64,000 nt of DNA from an uncultured Chloroflexia bacterium (GTDB lineage Bacteria; Chloroflexota; UBA6077; JACCZL01). The notes beneath the pieces are model-generated. The model searched no databases. It was not told where the DNA came from and worked only from the letters and a program-made list of their open reading frames with translations. A program made the translations under genes and the position numbers. The stretch covers positions 96,001-160,000 of the forward strand of contig CAVXYC010000032.1 in NCBI GenBank assembly GCA_963765765.1, read 5' to 3'. Of this stretch, positions 1 to 9,684 are shown one piece after another. Position 1 is the stretch's first letter. Every line of letters starts with the position of its first letter.

Positions 1-133
1 CCGAGTGCGGATCGGACTCTCACCTCCGGCCGACCGCGTTCCAGATGGGCTCGCTGGCCCCGCGGAGTTATCCCCACCCCGCGACGACGGCGACTTATCC
101 CCATCTTTCACGCTTCGCGTTCAAGATACAAGT

Positions 134-201
134 GCGGAATTCATTCCGCCGTCCCGATGTGATGTTGGAGAGAGGTTTTCGCTAGGTGACGGCGGACTGA
201 A
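134..201. repeat. REP-like palindromic element
   Basis: gcggaattcattccgc palindrome; ttcattccgccgtc (140-153) is inverted to gacggcggactgaa (188-201); just past the 3' end of the 219..614 gene. Confidence 0.55.
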
Positions 202-218
202 TCTCGAACTCCCAGCGG

Positions 219-614
219 CTAGTCGTCGTTCTTTTTCTTCTGTTTGGCCGGCGAGTCGCTGGTGGTCTCCTTTGTGATCTCGCGCCCGGTTGTTTCGATT
301 CGCTCGTCACCTTGCTCAATGGACTCAGCAAACCAAACCACTACCGAGGGACCGGAACCGGGATACGCTCGAACGGTATAGCACTCGTTGGCAGCCAGAT
401 TCACTGACGCCGGATCCATACGGCTCAGATCGAATTGCACAGCGATGCCTGGAGTTCCGGTCGTCAACGTGAGTACACCCTCTTGCTGTGACACCAGGCA
501 GCCCTGGAATGTCTCCGTGTCTGAAGGGTCCGCTGTTGCCACCGCGGCACTCAGCATTCTCGTGATCATCGCCATCCCTATGGCCGTCCACACGGTCCTA
601 CGATGGTGTGTCAT
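219..614 (-). CDS. Small secreted hypothetical protein, possibly OB-fold-like
   Basis: Signal-peptide-like N-terminus ending AVATA, two Cys, GGAG SD upstream. Confidence 0.7.
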   Translation of the reverse strand: MTHHRRTVWTAIGMAMITRMLSAAVATADPSDTETFQGCLVSQQEGVLTLTTGTPGIAVQFDLSRMDPASVNLAANECYTVRAYPGSGPSVVVWFAESIEQGDERIETTGREITKETTSDSPAKQKKKNDD

Positions 615-749
615 GTGCTTCTCCCCGTGTTCGCCACCCGCTGCGATGGAATGGTGTCAATGTAAGTCGTACGTATCCCGTCAGCGCAATGGATGTGTCG
701 CTCTGCCTCAGCTTTCATTCGGGCACGATCACTGCGGTGCCCGAATCGT

Positions 750-1721
750 GTGCGGATAGCAGTCCTTGGCGGCACTCAATTCATTGGACGAGCTTCAGTG
801 ACTGAGCTCACCGCCCACGGCCACGACGTCACTGTGATTCACAGAGGAACGTCTGAGCCGGAGCCGCTTTCCTCGATCCAGCATATTCACGTTGATCGTC
901 AGGACTCCGCGGCACTTCATGACGTGCTCCAGCGTACCGGGATGGATGCGCTCGTCGACATGTATGCGTTGACTCGTGATGACGCCAATTCAGTCGTCTC
1001 GTCTTTACCCGGCCGCATACGGCTTCTCGTTCTCTCGAGTATGGATGTGTATCAGGCCTACGGAGCGCTGCTGCGCGCCGAAGCGACGGAGCCGGTGCCG
1101 CTCGATGAGACATCGCCCGTCCGATCCGAACGCTATCCCTATCGAGGCAAAGGTGCCGGCATGGACGACTACGAGAAGCTCGATGTGGAGGAGGTGTATT
1201 GCTCGGCGGGTAGTACGATCATTCGGCTCCCGATGGTGTACGGCGAGCATGATTATCAGCGACGCGAAGATTTCATCCTGCGTCGAGTGCGGGCAGGGCG
1301 GTCGCGCATTCCGATTGGCACAGGTAATTGGCTCTGGTCCCGTGGATATGTCGGCGATATGGCTCGGGGTATTCGCCTGGCCCTGGAGTCGTCTGACGCG
1401 GCGGGCCAGGTGCTGAACCTTAGCGAAACGTCGACAGCCACCATGTGTATGTGGGCTCAGCAGATCCTTGACGCCGCCGGCTCAACCGCTGAGCTCGTGC
1501 GAGTTCCGGATGACGTGTTGCCGGACGATCTGAAGCTGACGGGCGCAGTATCTCAGCATCTGTTGGTCGATTCCGCGAGAGCCCGTGCATTACTCGGATG
1601 GTCAGCCTCGGACGTGAGAGGCGCCGTGCATCGTTCGGTAACGTGGCACATCGAGAACCCGCCCGTGAACCCGAGCTTTGATGTTGAACAAGACGACCGC
1701 GCGTTAGCCAACGCCATATAG
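750..1721 (+). CDS. NAD-dependent epimerase/dehydratase (extended SDR)
   Basis: RIAVLGGTQFIG Rossmann motif, SSMDVY, YEK; start placed at GTG 750. Confidence 0.9.
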   Translation: MRIAVLGGTQFIGRASVTELTAHGHDVTVIHRGTSEPEPLSSIQHIHVDRQDSAALHDVLQRTGMDALVDMYALTRDDANSVVSSLPGRIRLLVLSSMDVYQAYGALLRAEATEPVPLDETSPVRSERYPYRGKGAGMDDYEKLDVEEVYCSAGSTIIRLPMVYGEHDYQRREDFILRRVRAGRSRIPIGTGNWLWSRGYVGDMARGIRLALESSDAAGQVLNLSETSTATMCMWAQQILDAAGSTAELVRVPDDVLPDDLKLTGAVSQHLLVDSARARALLGWSASDVRGAVHRSVTWHIENPPVNPSFDVEQDDRALANAI

Positions 1722-1771
1722 GCACGTCCGTGTTCACATAGCTCGGCACACGCTTTGCGCATGTGCAGGCT

Positions 1772-2695
1772 ATGGAACCCGAACAAGAGCAAGAGCACAT
1801 TGAGTCCGTACTGCGCAAAGAGATCTCACAGGTTGATACTCCCGAACGAGCGCGTGCGGTCCTTGAGAAGGCTGAAAAGCTCGCTGGGGATGCTACTCAA
1901 GAGCAACGCGGTAAAGCCGTAGCCCAAGCGCCGCCATCAGCTGTGGAATCGGTGGACCGTGCAAGTGAAGCCGGCGGCCCTGTACATCAGGCCGCGGCAA
2001 CGCTTGAGACCGTTGCCGCCGAGGCAGTTGCGCCGACTTCAGAAGCAGCCACGGTCAGCACCGCTGCCGAGCGGGTAGTGTCGCCAACGGCGCCCACTCC
2101 CCCAGAGACTCGTCGAGGGCTGGCCCTGCTGCGGCATGCCTTGCTCGAGCGCCTGCAACCGCATGAAGCAGTAGACGCACGGCTCTATCTGGCGGTCAAC
2201 AGCCTCCCGCACCCGCGCTGGGCGGATCGCCTGGCTGACCGGGTGACTGTCTTCACGAATGGCGGCTGGATCTGGCTGGGCGCCGCCGCGGTCGCCTCGA
2301 TCATTGGCGTTCCCAATGGCCGTTGCGGGCTGCGCGAGCTCGCTCCACCATTGATCGTTACGACGTGGATCGTGGAGCACCCGGTTAAGTCATTCTTTCG
2401 ACGAAAGCGCCCGTTCATCGACATCATTCGGGCGCTAGTGGTGGGAAAGAAGCCCGGGACATGGTCCTTCCCTTCGGGGCACACGGCCTCGTCGTTTGCG
2501 GCGGCCACAATTCTGAGTCGCTGCTGGCCAGCAGGCGCCAAACTTTTCTACATCGTGGCGGCCATGGTCGGCTTCAGCCGCGTCTACGTGGGCGCGCACT
2601 ACCCGGGCGATGTAGCGGCCGGAGCTTCGGTGGGCGTGATTCTGGCGAGCGTAACGCGCCTTGTAGTGGCGCACATACTCAAGCGATTTGATTAG
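1772..2695 (+). CDS. PAP2-family membrane phosphatase with long soluble N-terminal extension
   Basis: KxxxxxxRP, PSGH and SRVYVGAHYPGD motifs. Confidence 0.9.
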   Translation: MEPEQEQEHIESVLRKEISQVDTPERARAVLEKAEKLAGDATQEQRGKAVAQAPPSAVESVDRASEAGGPVHQAAATLETVAAEAVAPTSEAATVSTAAERVVSPTAPTPPETRRGLALLRHALLERLQPHEAVDARLYLAVNSLPHPRWADRLADRVTVFTNGGWIWLGAAAVASIIGVPNGRCGLRELAPPLIVTTWIVEHPVKSFFRRKRPFIDIIRALVVGKKPGTWSFPSGHTASSFAAATILSRCWPAGAKLFYIVAAMVGFSRVYVGAHYPGDVAAGASVGVILASVTRLVVAHILKRFD

Positions 2696-2801
2696 CACCC
2701 GCGGAAGCCTCATCTGGTTATAGGTTATGCCTCGTCTGGTCATAGCCACCAGAGTGGTCTGCCATAATAGCTGAACCACAATTCGATCTCGAGGTGCGGG
2801 A

Positions 2802-3782
2802 ATGACCGTGAGCAGCGTCCCCATCACACTCGCCACCAGCCAGCTTCTGGACATGTTCCGCCGGATGCACCAGATCCGGCAGTTCGATGCTCGGGCCCTG
2901 GAGCTCTTCCGCGAGGGGCTGGTGCGCGGATCCACGCACCCCTATATCGGCACCGAGGCTGTCGCCGTGGGCGCCTGCGCGGCGCTCCGTGACGATGACT
3001 TCATCACGAGCACACATCGCGGCCACGGCCACTGCATTGCCAAGGGCGGCGATCTTCCCAAGATGATGGCCGAGCTTCTGGGCCGCGCCACAGGCTACTG
3101 CCGCGGCAAGGGCGGCTCCATGCACATCGCCGACCTGGATCGAGGCATCCTGGGCGCCAACGGCATCGTCGGGGGCGGCATGGGCATCGCCGCGGGCTCG
3201 GCGCTCTCCGCCGTGCTTCGCGGAACGGACCAGGTGACCATCTGTTTCTTTGGCGATGGCGCGCTCAATCAGGGGGCACTGCACGAGAGCAGCAACATCT
3301 CGGCTATCTGGAAGCTGCCCGTTATTTTTCTGTGTGAGAACAATCACTACGCGATGAGCGCGCCCATGGAGCGGATGACATCCGTGCCGGACCCCAGCGT
3401 GCGAGCGGCGGCGTACGGCTTCCCCGGCGTGGCGGTGGACGGTATGGACGCTCTCGCCGTGTACGAGGCGGTTCGCGAAGCCGTGAGTCGAGCTCGGGAA
3501 GGGCGCGGGCCCACGATGATCGTGGCCGATACCTACCGCTATTTCGGCCATCACGTAGGCGATCCGCTGAACTATCGGTCGCGCGAAGAAGTGGACGAGT
3601 GGCGAAAGAACGACCCGATCGAACGCTTCCAGCAGGTGCTGGTCGATCGCGGCATGCTGACAGACTCGGATGCCGAGCGCATCCGCGAGGAAGTCGTCGC
3701 TGAGGTAGAGCGCGCCATCGACTTCGCCAAGGAGAGCCCAGTTCCGTCGCCCGAGTCGCTCATGGAGGACATCTACGCATGA
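2802..3782 (+). CDS. TPP-dependent dehydrogenase E1 alpha (AcoA/PdhA-like)
   Basis: HRGHGH, GKGGSMH, GDG...NN TPP motif, TYRYFGH. Confidence 0.95.
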   Translation: MTVSSVPITLATSQLLDMFRRMHQIRQFDARALELFREGLVRGSTHPYIGTEAVAVGACAALRDDDFITSTHRGHGHCIAKGGDLPKMMAELLGRATGYCRGKGGSMHIADLDRGILGANGIVGGGMGIAAGSALSAVLRGTDQVTICFFGDGALNQGALHESSNISAIWKLPVIFLCENNHYAMSAPMERMTSVPDPSVRAAAYGFPGVAVDGMDALAVYEAVREAVSRAREGRGPTMIVADTYRYFGHHVGDPLNYRSREEVDEWRKNDPIERFQQVLVDRGMLTDSDAERIREEVVAEVERAIDFAKESPVPSPESLMEDIYA

Positions 3783-4795
3783 CCGTTTCCGCGCAGCCTC
3801 CTGCCGCGACCGATACGCGTGAGCTGACGTACAGCGAGGCGCTTAATGAAGCACTCCGCGAGGAGATGCACCGCGATCCGATGGTTTTCGTGATGGGTGA
3901 AGACGTTGCCGTGTGGGGCGGCGGCGGGATCTTCGGCGTCACCAAGACGTTGCTCGAAGAGTTCGGGATCGATCGCGTGCGCGATACGCCGATCTCGGAG
4001 GAAGCAATCGTCGGCCTGGCCGTGGGTGCCGCCGCGACGGGATGCCGCCCGGTGGCGGAGATCATGTACGCCGATTTCACGACCATGGCCATGGACCCAA
4101 TCGTGAACCAGGCCGCCAAGATGCGCTACATGTTCGGCGGCAAGGCCCGCGTGCCGCTGGTCATCCGCGCCCAGGAAGGCGCCGGACGCGGCAACGCGGC
4201 GCAGCATAGTCAGAGCCTGGAAGCATGGTTCGCGCACATTCCCGGGCTGAAAGTCGTAACGCCTTCCACGCCGTATGATGCGAAAGGTCTCCTCAAGTCG
4301 GCCATCCGGGACGACAACCCGGTCATTTTCCTGGAGCACAAGGCGCTTTACTTCACCAAGGGGCATGTTCCAGCGGAGGAGTATTTGATCCCGATGGGGC
4401 AGGCCGATGTGAAGCGAGCGGGCTCAGATGTGACCGTGGTAGGCGTCCACACGATGGTGCTCAAGGCGATGGAAGCGGCCCTCGAGCTGCAGGCTGAAGG
4501 CGTCAGCATTGAAGTCATTGATCCGCGCTCTGTCTTCCCGTTGGACATTGACACGATTGTCGATTCGGTGAAGAAGACGGGACGCCTCGTCGTTGCACAC
4601 GAGGCGTATCAGCGTGGCGGCATCGGAGCCGAGATCGCTATCCAGGTGATGGAGCGGGCTTTCGACTATCTCGATGCTCCTATTGAGCGCGTCGCCGGTG
4701 CCAACTGCCCCGTTCCGTATGCCACCAACCTCGAGCGGCTCGCGATTCCGGGCAAGGAAGAGATCGTGGAGGCAGTTCGGCGAACGGTGGCGTAA
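3779..4795 (+). CDS. TPP-dependent dehydrogenase E1 beta (AcoB/PdhB-like)
   Basis: GEDV, DTPISE, AQHSQSLE; ATGA overlap with the alpha gene. Confidence 0.95.
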   Translation: MTVSAQPPAATDTRELTYSEALNEALREEMHRDPMVFVMGEDVAVWGGGGIFGVTKTLLEEFGIDRVRDTPISEEAIVGLAVGAAATGCRPVAEIMYADFTTMAMDPIVNQAAKMRYMFGGKARVPLVIRAQEGAGRGNAAQHSQSLEAWFAHIPGLKVVTPSTPYDAKGLLKSAIRDDNPVIFLEHKALYFTKGHVPAEEYLIPMGQADVKRAGSDVTVVGVHTMVLKAMEAALELQAEGVSIEVIDPRSVFPLDIDTIVDSVKKTGRLVVAHEAYQRGGIGAEIAIQVMERAFDYLDAPIERVAGANCPVPYATNLERLAIPGKEEIVEAVRRTVA

Positions 4796-4862
4796 AGTCT
4801 GAGCCCGCGATCCTCATTTACGGGCTGCTGCGCCTCGCTCGTAACATGAGGCCGAGGTACTG

Positions 4863-4943
4863 ATGCAAGCGCTGGGGATCCGAGATGCGCTGCCCTTTGG
4901 CGGCGACTTCAGCGCGAACAGCTTCGTGGAGCTACGGGCATAG
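4863..4943 (+). pseudogene. C-terminal remnant of a VapC/PIN toxin
   Basis: Translates MQALGIRDALPFGGDFSANSFVELRA, resembling the PIN tail pattern MxxxGIxxALAFDGDFSAAGFVELR. Confidence 0.6.
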
Positions 4944-4960
4944 CGGAGGTTGGACAGGCG

Positions 4961-5404
4961 TCAGCTCGCGGTGCTCGATGATTCGGCTGCGTCTTCTAGC
5001 TCTTTAAGTCGACGACCAGCCTCCTTCAACATCGTTACGGCAATCCGCGGATTCTGTTCCAGCACGTCATCCAACTCCCATGACGCCAGCGCCAGGCAGA
5101 GAGTCGGCTCGGTGGCGATGACACTCGCCACGCGCGGCTGATGGTTCAAAAGAGAGATCTCGCCAAAGTAGCCGCCGGGACCGTTGTGGACGATCTCCCG
5201 ACCGCGGCGCTCAACCGTGGCGCCGCCGCTGACGATGAGGTAGAAACCAGTGCCCATCTCGCCTTCACGAGCGATGTATTCGCCCGATGCAAAGTTCACC
5301 TCACGTACCTGCTGTGCGAGCACGTTGAGACATTCGTCGTCCGCGCTCTCGAATAATTTGACCTTGCGCAAGAGCTCGCGCTTTTCATCGATCGAGAGCG
5401 ACAT
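4961..5404 (-). CDS. Stand-alone cyclic nucleotide-binding domain protein
   Basis: EGEMGTGFYLIVSG, FGEISLL, PRVASV; no HTH. Confidence 0.9.
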   Translation of the reverse strand: MSLSIDEKRELLRKVKLFESADDECLNVLAQQVREVNFASGEYIAREGEMGTGFYLIVSGGATVERRGREIVHNGPGGYFGEISLLNHQPRVASVIATEPTLCLALASWELDDVLEQNPRIAVTMLKEAGRRLKELEDAAESSSTAS

Positions 5405-5524
5405 GAACGGCCCCTTGTTTCTGTTTCTCCAATTGTGACGCGCCCACACGGCAGAAGCAATTCGCATGGACTACCCGTCTACAATGTTGGCGGCCCCCGC
5501 GCGGATGTTCAGAGGAGGGATCAG

Positions 5525-5966
5525 TTGGCACCGACTCTTGAGGAGCAATTGTCCTGGCCGTCGAGACGCATCGCGGGCGGCGTGATAAGCTCGGACGCCC
5601 ATACATCCTTCATCCCCTGCGTTTGATGGCTACATTGAATACGCCAGCCGAGCAAATCGCCGCACTTCTTCACGATGTCATCGCGGATAGCGACCTCACG
5701 CTCGAAGATTTCAGAAGCCGAGAGTACGACCATAAGGTTGTGGACGCTATTGACCGTCTCACGCTGCGCGACGAAGAGTCGTTCGATGAATTCATCACGC
5801 GCATTGCTGAAAATCGGGTCGCACGGAGAGTGAAATCGCCGATCTGGCGAATAACCTGGACGTCAGGAATTGGCAGGAGATTGGCGAGCCTGAGCGAGAG
5901 CGCCGGATGCGTTACCGCAGGGCCTGGGAGACCCTCGTCGCTATAGACCGCGAGCGAAACGGCTAG
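5525..5966 (+). CDS. Small HD-domain phosphohydrolase, RelA/SpoT hydrolase-like (2 indels)
   Basis: Reconstructed HRGRRDKLGRPYILHPLR, ALLHDVIAD, VK(L)ADLANN; AGGAGG SD before TTG 5525. Confidence 0.8.
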
Positions 5967-6223
5967 ACAAATACTTCGTCCGCGTAGCACCAGGCCCAGT
6001 CCTCGCCCGGCTGGAAGGATTGGATAATGGGGTGGGTCGAGGACGTGTAGTGCTTGGTTGCGTGCTTGTTCTTGGAAGAGTCGCAGCAGCCCACGTGGCC
6101 GCAGCTCAGACAAAGACGCAGATGGACCCAGACGTCGCCCATCGCCAGACATTCCTCGCAGCCATTGGCGCTGGGCGTGACTTCGTGAATCTGGTCCAGG
6201 TGGGTGCATTCGGTCTGCGTCAT
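5963..6223 (-). CDS. UBP-type zinc finger protein
   Basis: CTH, CEEC, WVHLRLCLSCGHVGCCDSS, HATKH, WAWCY. Confidence 0.95.
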   Translation of the reverse strand: MTQTECTHLDQIHEVTPSANGCEECLAMGDVWVHLRLCLSCGHVGCCDSSKNKHATKHYTSSTHPIIQSFQPGEDWAWCYADEVFV

Positions 6224-7852
6224 TGAGCTTCCTTCTCCGCGGAATGAGTGGGCGGTGCTGGTTCATCATCTCGCCGAGGCGTGAGAAACAGTGCAACACA
6301 GACGCCGCCTGCCGCGGCCAGTGCCGCGGCAGTGAGCATCACTGTCCTGAAGCCGCTCACGAAGGCCACATCTATAGCTTGCTGAATTGCTCGGGTGGTT
6401 TCCGCACTCAAGCCAGAAGGTACTTCCGACGCCGCGAGATTTATCAGCTGAGCGTTCAGCATTTGCCGGGCTCCCGTTGGCATATCGATACTCGAGAGAG
6501 ATCTGCTGACGCTGCTCTGGAAGCTGCCCGACCAGCACGAGAGTCATCACCGCGATGGCGAGGAGCCCGGCAATGCGTGAGACAGCATTGTTGATGCCTG
6601 AAGCGATGCCTGAGTGTCGAGTTTCCACGGAGCTCATTACCGTGGTCGTGAGAGGCGCCACGCTCACAGCCATGCCGAGACCCAATACGACCACCGCTGG
6701 GAAGAACTCCGTCCAGTAGCTTCCGCCGATTCCGGTGCGGGCAAAGAGACCAAAGCCAGCCGCGGCGATGAGGGGGCCCACGGTCAGCGGGAGTCTCGGG
6801 CCGGTGCGCGTGACCAGTCCGCCCGACCAGCGCGAGAGAATGGAAATGATCAGAATCATGGGTAAAAGTGCTGCGCCGGCCGCCGTGGGGGAATAGTTCT
6901 GCACCTGGATCAGGTTGAACGGAACGAAAAACAGCGCGCCGCTGAGCGCGGCGTAAAGCAGGAACGTAAGGACGTTGGTGACGGCGAAGGTGCGCACCTT
7001 GAACAGTTCCAGCGGCACCATCGGATTCGCCGCGTGCGCCTCGCGAGCAACGAATGCCGCGAGTACGAGAGCTCCGATGGCGATGCTGATGAGCACGTTG
7101 GGGCTGCTGAGACCCAGATTGGACGATTCGATTAGTCCGTAGATCAAAACGCCGAGTCCCAGTACGGCCAGGAACGCTCCAGACCAATCCAGCCGCCGTG
7201 GTGCATTTTCATCGCGGGTTTCAGGTACGTGCTTTGCCATGGCTATCAGCACGATTACCGCGATTGGCAGATTGATCAAGAATACCCATCGCCAGGAAGC
7301 GTGCTCAGTCAGCCAGCCGCCCAGAAGCGGGCCGAGCGCGGATGTAATCCCGGTGAATCCGGACCAGGTACCGATGGCCTGGCCGCGCCGCGCCTCGTCG
7401 AATGACGCACCGATAATCGCGAGGCTGCCCGGTACTAGTAAAGAGCCACCAATGCCTTGGACGGCGCGTCCGAACACGAGCTGAGATGGAGTTTGCGCCA
7501 CGCCGCACCAGGCGGAGGCCACGGCGAAGAGCGCTACGCCAATGCCAAACACTCGCTTGCGACCATAGCGGTCACCCATGGCCCCGCCCACCAGCAGCAG
7601 CGCCGCGAGAAAGAGGGCGTACGCCTCAACGACCCACTGCACGTCAATGACGCTGGCCTGCAGATCGCGCTGAAGCACCGGAAGCGCCACATTGACGACT
7701 GTGGAGTCGATGAACGCCATGCTGGAGCCGAGAATCGTGACGGTCAGCACCCACGGCTCGCTCCCCGGCGCGCACGGCTGCGCGGACCGGGTCTCGAGAA
7801 TCACGCCCTCGTCGCAAGGCGGCCTGGTATTGGCGACCATAGTATTCGCCAT
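6220..7852 (-). CDS. DHA2-type 14-TM MFS transporter (indel near 6500)
   Basis: [20 protein letters not shown]; C-terminus lies in ORF 6220..6483. Confidence 0.9.
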
Positions 7853-7896
7853 CAGTCTACGCGGTTATCGAGGTAACCGTCGGAAGCGCATCTGAC

Positions 7897-8443
7897 TTAT
7901 TCGCCCAGCGCGGCGATGCATGCTTCGCGAATGCTCCAGCTCTCCTCGAACCCGTGCCCAGCCGTGAGCTCGGGGTACGAATCAACCCAGGTACGCAGCA
8001 TCTGTTGGTGGAGCGCCGTCTTGTAAACGCCGATTTGATCTGGAGTGATCCGCTCTTCGTGCAACAACCGATTGATCGGCTCGCCCGGTGTGTCCACCGC
8101 GCGGGTCACTGTCGATGCGGTGGCTGCCGAAGGTTAAGTAGCAGTGCGCCTCGAGCACGAAGGATAGATTGTGCAGCTCCAGCACCGCTCCCACCTCCGG
8201 AGTGTTCGCTTCGCTTCGCACATCTCATAGATTCCTGGAGCGAGATGGATCGGCTGATCCTGCTCCACAGCAAGCCTTGCCAGCAGCGCATGCTTCGTGC
8301 TGCAGGTTCCGCGACCTTCGCTCAAGACGCACAACGGATGGCCTGGTGATGCATTGCGACGTAGGGAAGGGATTGGAGGATGCGCCCAGCTCCCCGGAAA
8401 TCCTCAACCCCTCGTCGGATAAATGCATCTGATATTTCGCCAC
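7897..8443 (-). pseudogene. Transglutaminase-like hypothetical protein, multiply frameshifted
   Basis: Pieces GRGTCSTKHALL, EAHCYL, RID and WSIREACIAAL lie in different frames. Confidence 0.65.
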
Positions 8444-8513
8444 GCGGAGAAAGATCGGACACTGGTAGCGCGTCCCAAGGGAGCAGCGAAGGGATGATTC
8501 GTGGTTGGAGCGT

Positions 8514-8636
8514 GCGGGTTTCCCTTACCCGCTCCCTCTCCCAGAGGAGCGGGACCCAGTCTGGGGGATATTAAGCTCGACAACTTCCGACCGCGCTCCC
8601 ACTTCCTTTGGGTGAGGGTTGGGGTGAGATGCCCGC
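8514..8636. repeat. Degenerate REP-like inverted pair (ccctctccc..gggagagg type)
   Basis: cccttacccgctccctctcccagaggagcgg ... cctttgggtgagggttggggtgag. Confidence 0.55.
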
Positions 8637-8652
8637 GACTTCTTCACCGGCT

Positions 8653-9343
8653 TCATCCCAGATGAAGCAGGACTTCACTGAGGGACCGAATCCGCGTGCC
8701 TTCCCAGGAGTCCGCATCGACCCTGAGCGGCGCAATGATCTCTTCTGACGGCGTTCGGATCATCAGCGCCCGCATACCCACGGACTCGGCACCCGTGAGC
8801 TCGCGGCTTCCGCCATCGCCAACATACAAACAGTCGCCTGGTTGAACGCCGAGCGCCTCGCAGGTCGTCAGGTAAATGCGCGGATCTGGTTTCTTCAGCC
8901 CAACGGCGCAGGAGAACGTAGTGACATCGAAACACTCGGCCAGCGGCGTTTCAGTCCACAGCTCAGGCGTGGGTGGCCCACAATCGCTGATGAGACCAGT
9001 GCGATAGCCCAGCGACCGCAGTCGTTGAACCGTCTCCACGGCGTCGTCGCGTGGCGTGAGACAGACCGCAGCGAACTCACTGTACGCGGCGGAGGCGCGC
9101 TCAATGCGCCCTGGGTCCACGGTCAGCCCCATGCCCTTGCATGATGCGCTGACGGCGTCTTCCACCGTTGCAAACGCTCCCGTGTCGCGTGCCGCGCGAT
9201 GCTCGTCCCAGATCCGGAAGAGACTTTCAAATGGGCACCCAAGCTCCGCGGCCATACCTGCGAGCAGGCGTTTGCGCTCATCGGCTGGCCAGTTGTCGAC
9301 GAGAGTCCCAAACAGATCGAAGATGACGGCTGTGTTGAGTCAT
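8653..9343 (-). CDS. HAD-superfamily hydrolase (indel right after the start)
   Basis: AVIFDLFGTL upstream of the tracked ORF, KKPDPRIY, VGDG. Confidence 0.9.
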
Positions 9344-9684
9344 GACCACGAGACGATATAAGCGCTGCTGGGACATGGCCCAGCATTACGCTGCATCGCA
9401 AAAGTCTCTGACGAATGTATAGACTGAGCCTCGAACCTAATTCAGAAGCAATGTATCCGCCGTGAGCAGTTGGACGACTCGCCCGAGCCGTGATCTTGCT
9501 ACCTCGCGGCATGCCCCAGAATTAAGGTGAGAGGCATCCGCACCGTACGTGCCTCGCGATCGATGATCGCCATACCCAAAGCCCCGCTTGAGACCAAGCT
9601 CACCAAGCTACGGTACCACGTCGAGGTATCACTCAATGAAGCCATATTCAAATTGCGAAGGTTGCTTCAACGCTAGTTTCAATT

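Noticed and set aside
1-111. Minus-strand frame ending ...ESPIRTR at the window edge, reminiscent of the GluRS start (RTRFAPSP)
   Set aside because: The diagnostic residues lie outside the window.
9344-9684. Lower-GC intergenic stretch with short open frames
   Set aside because: No start signals or recognisable motifs.
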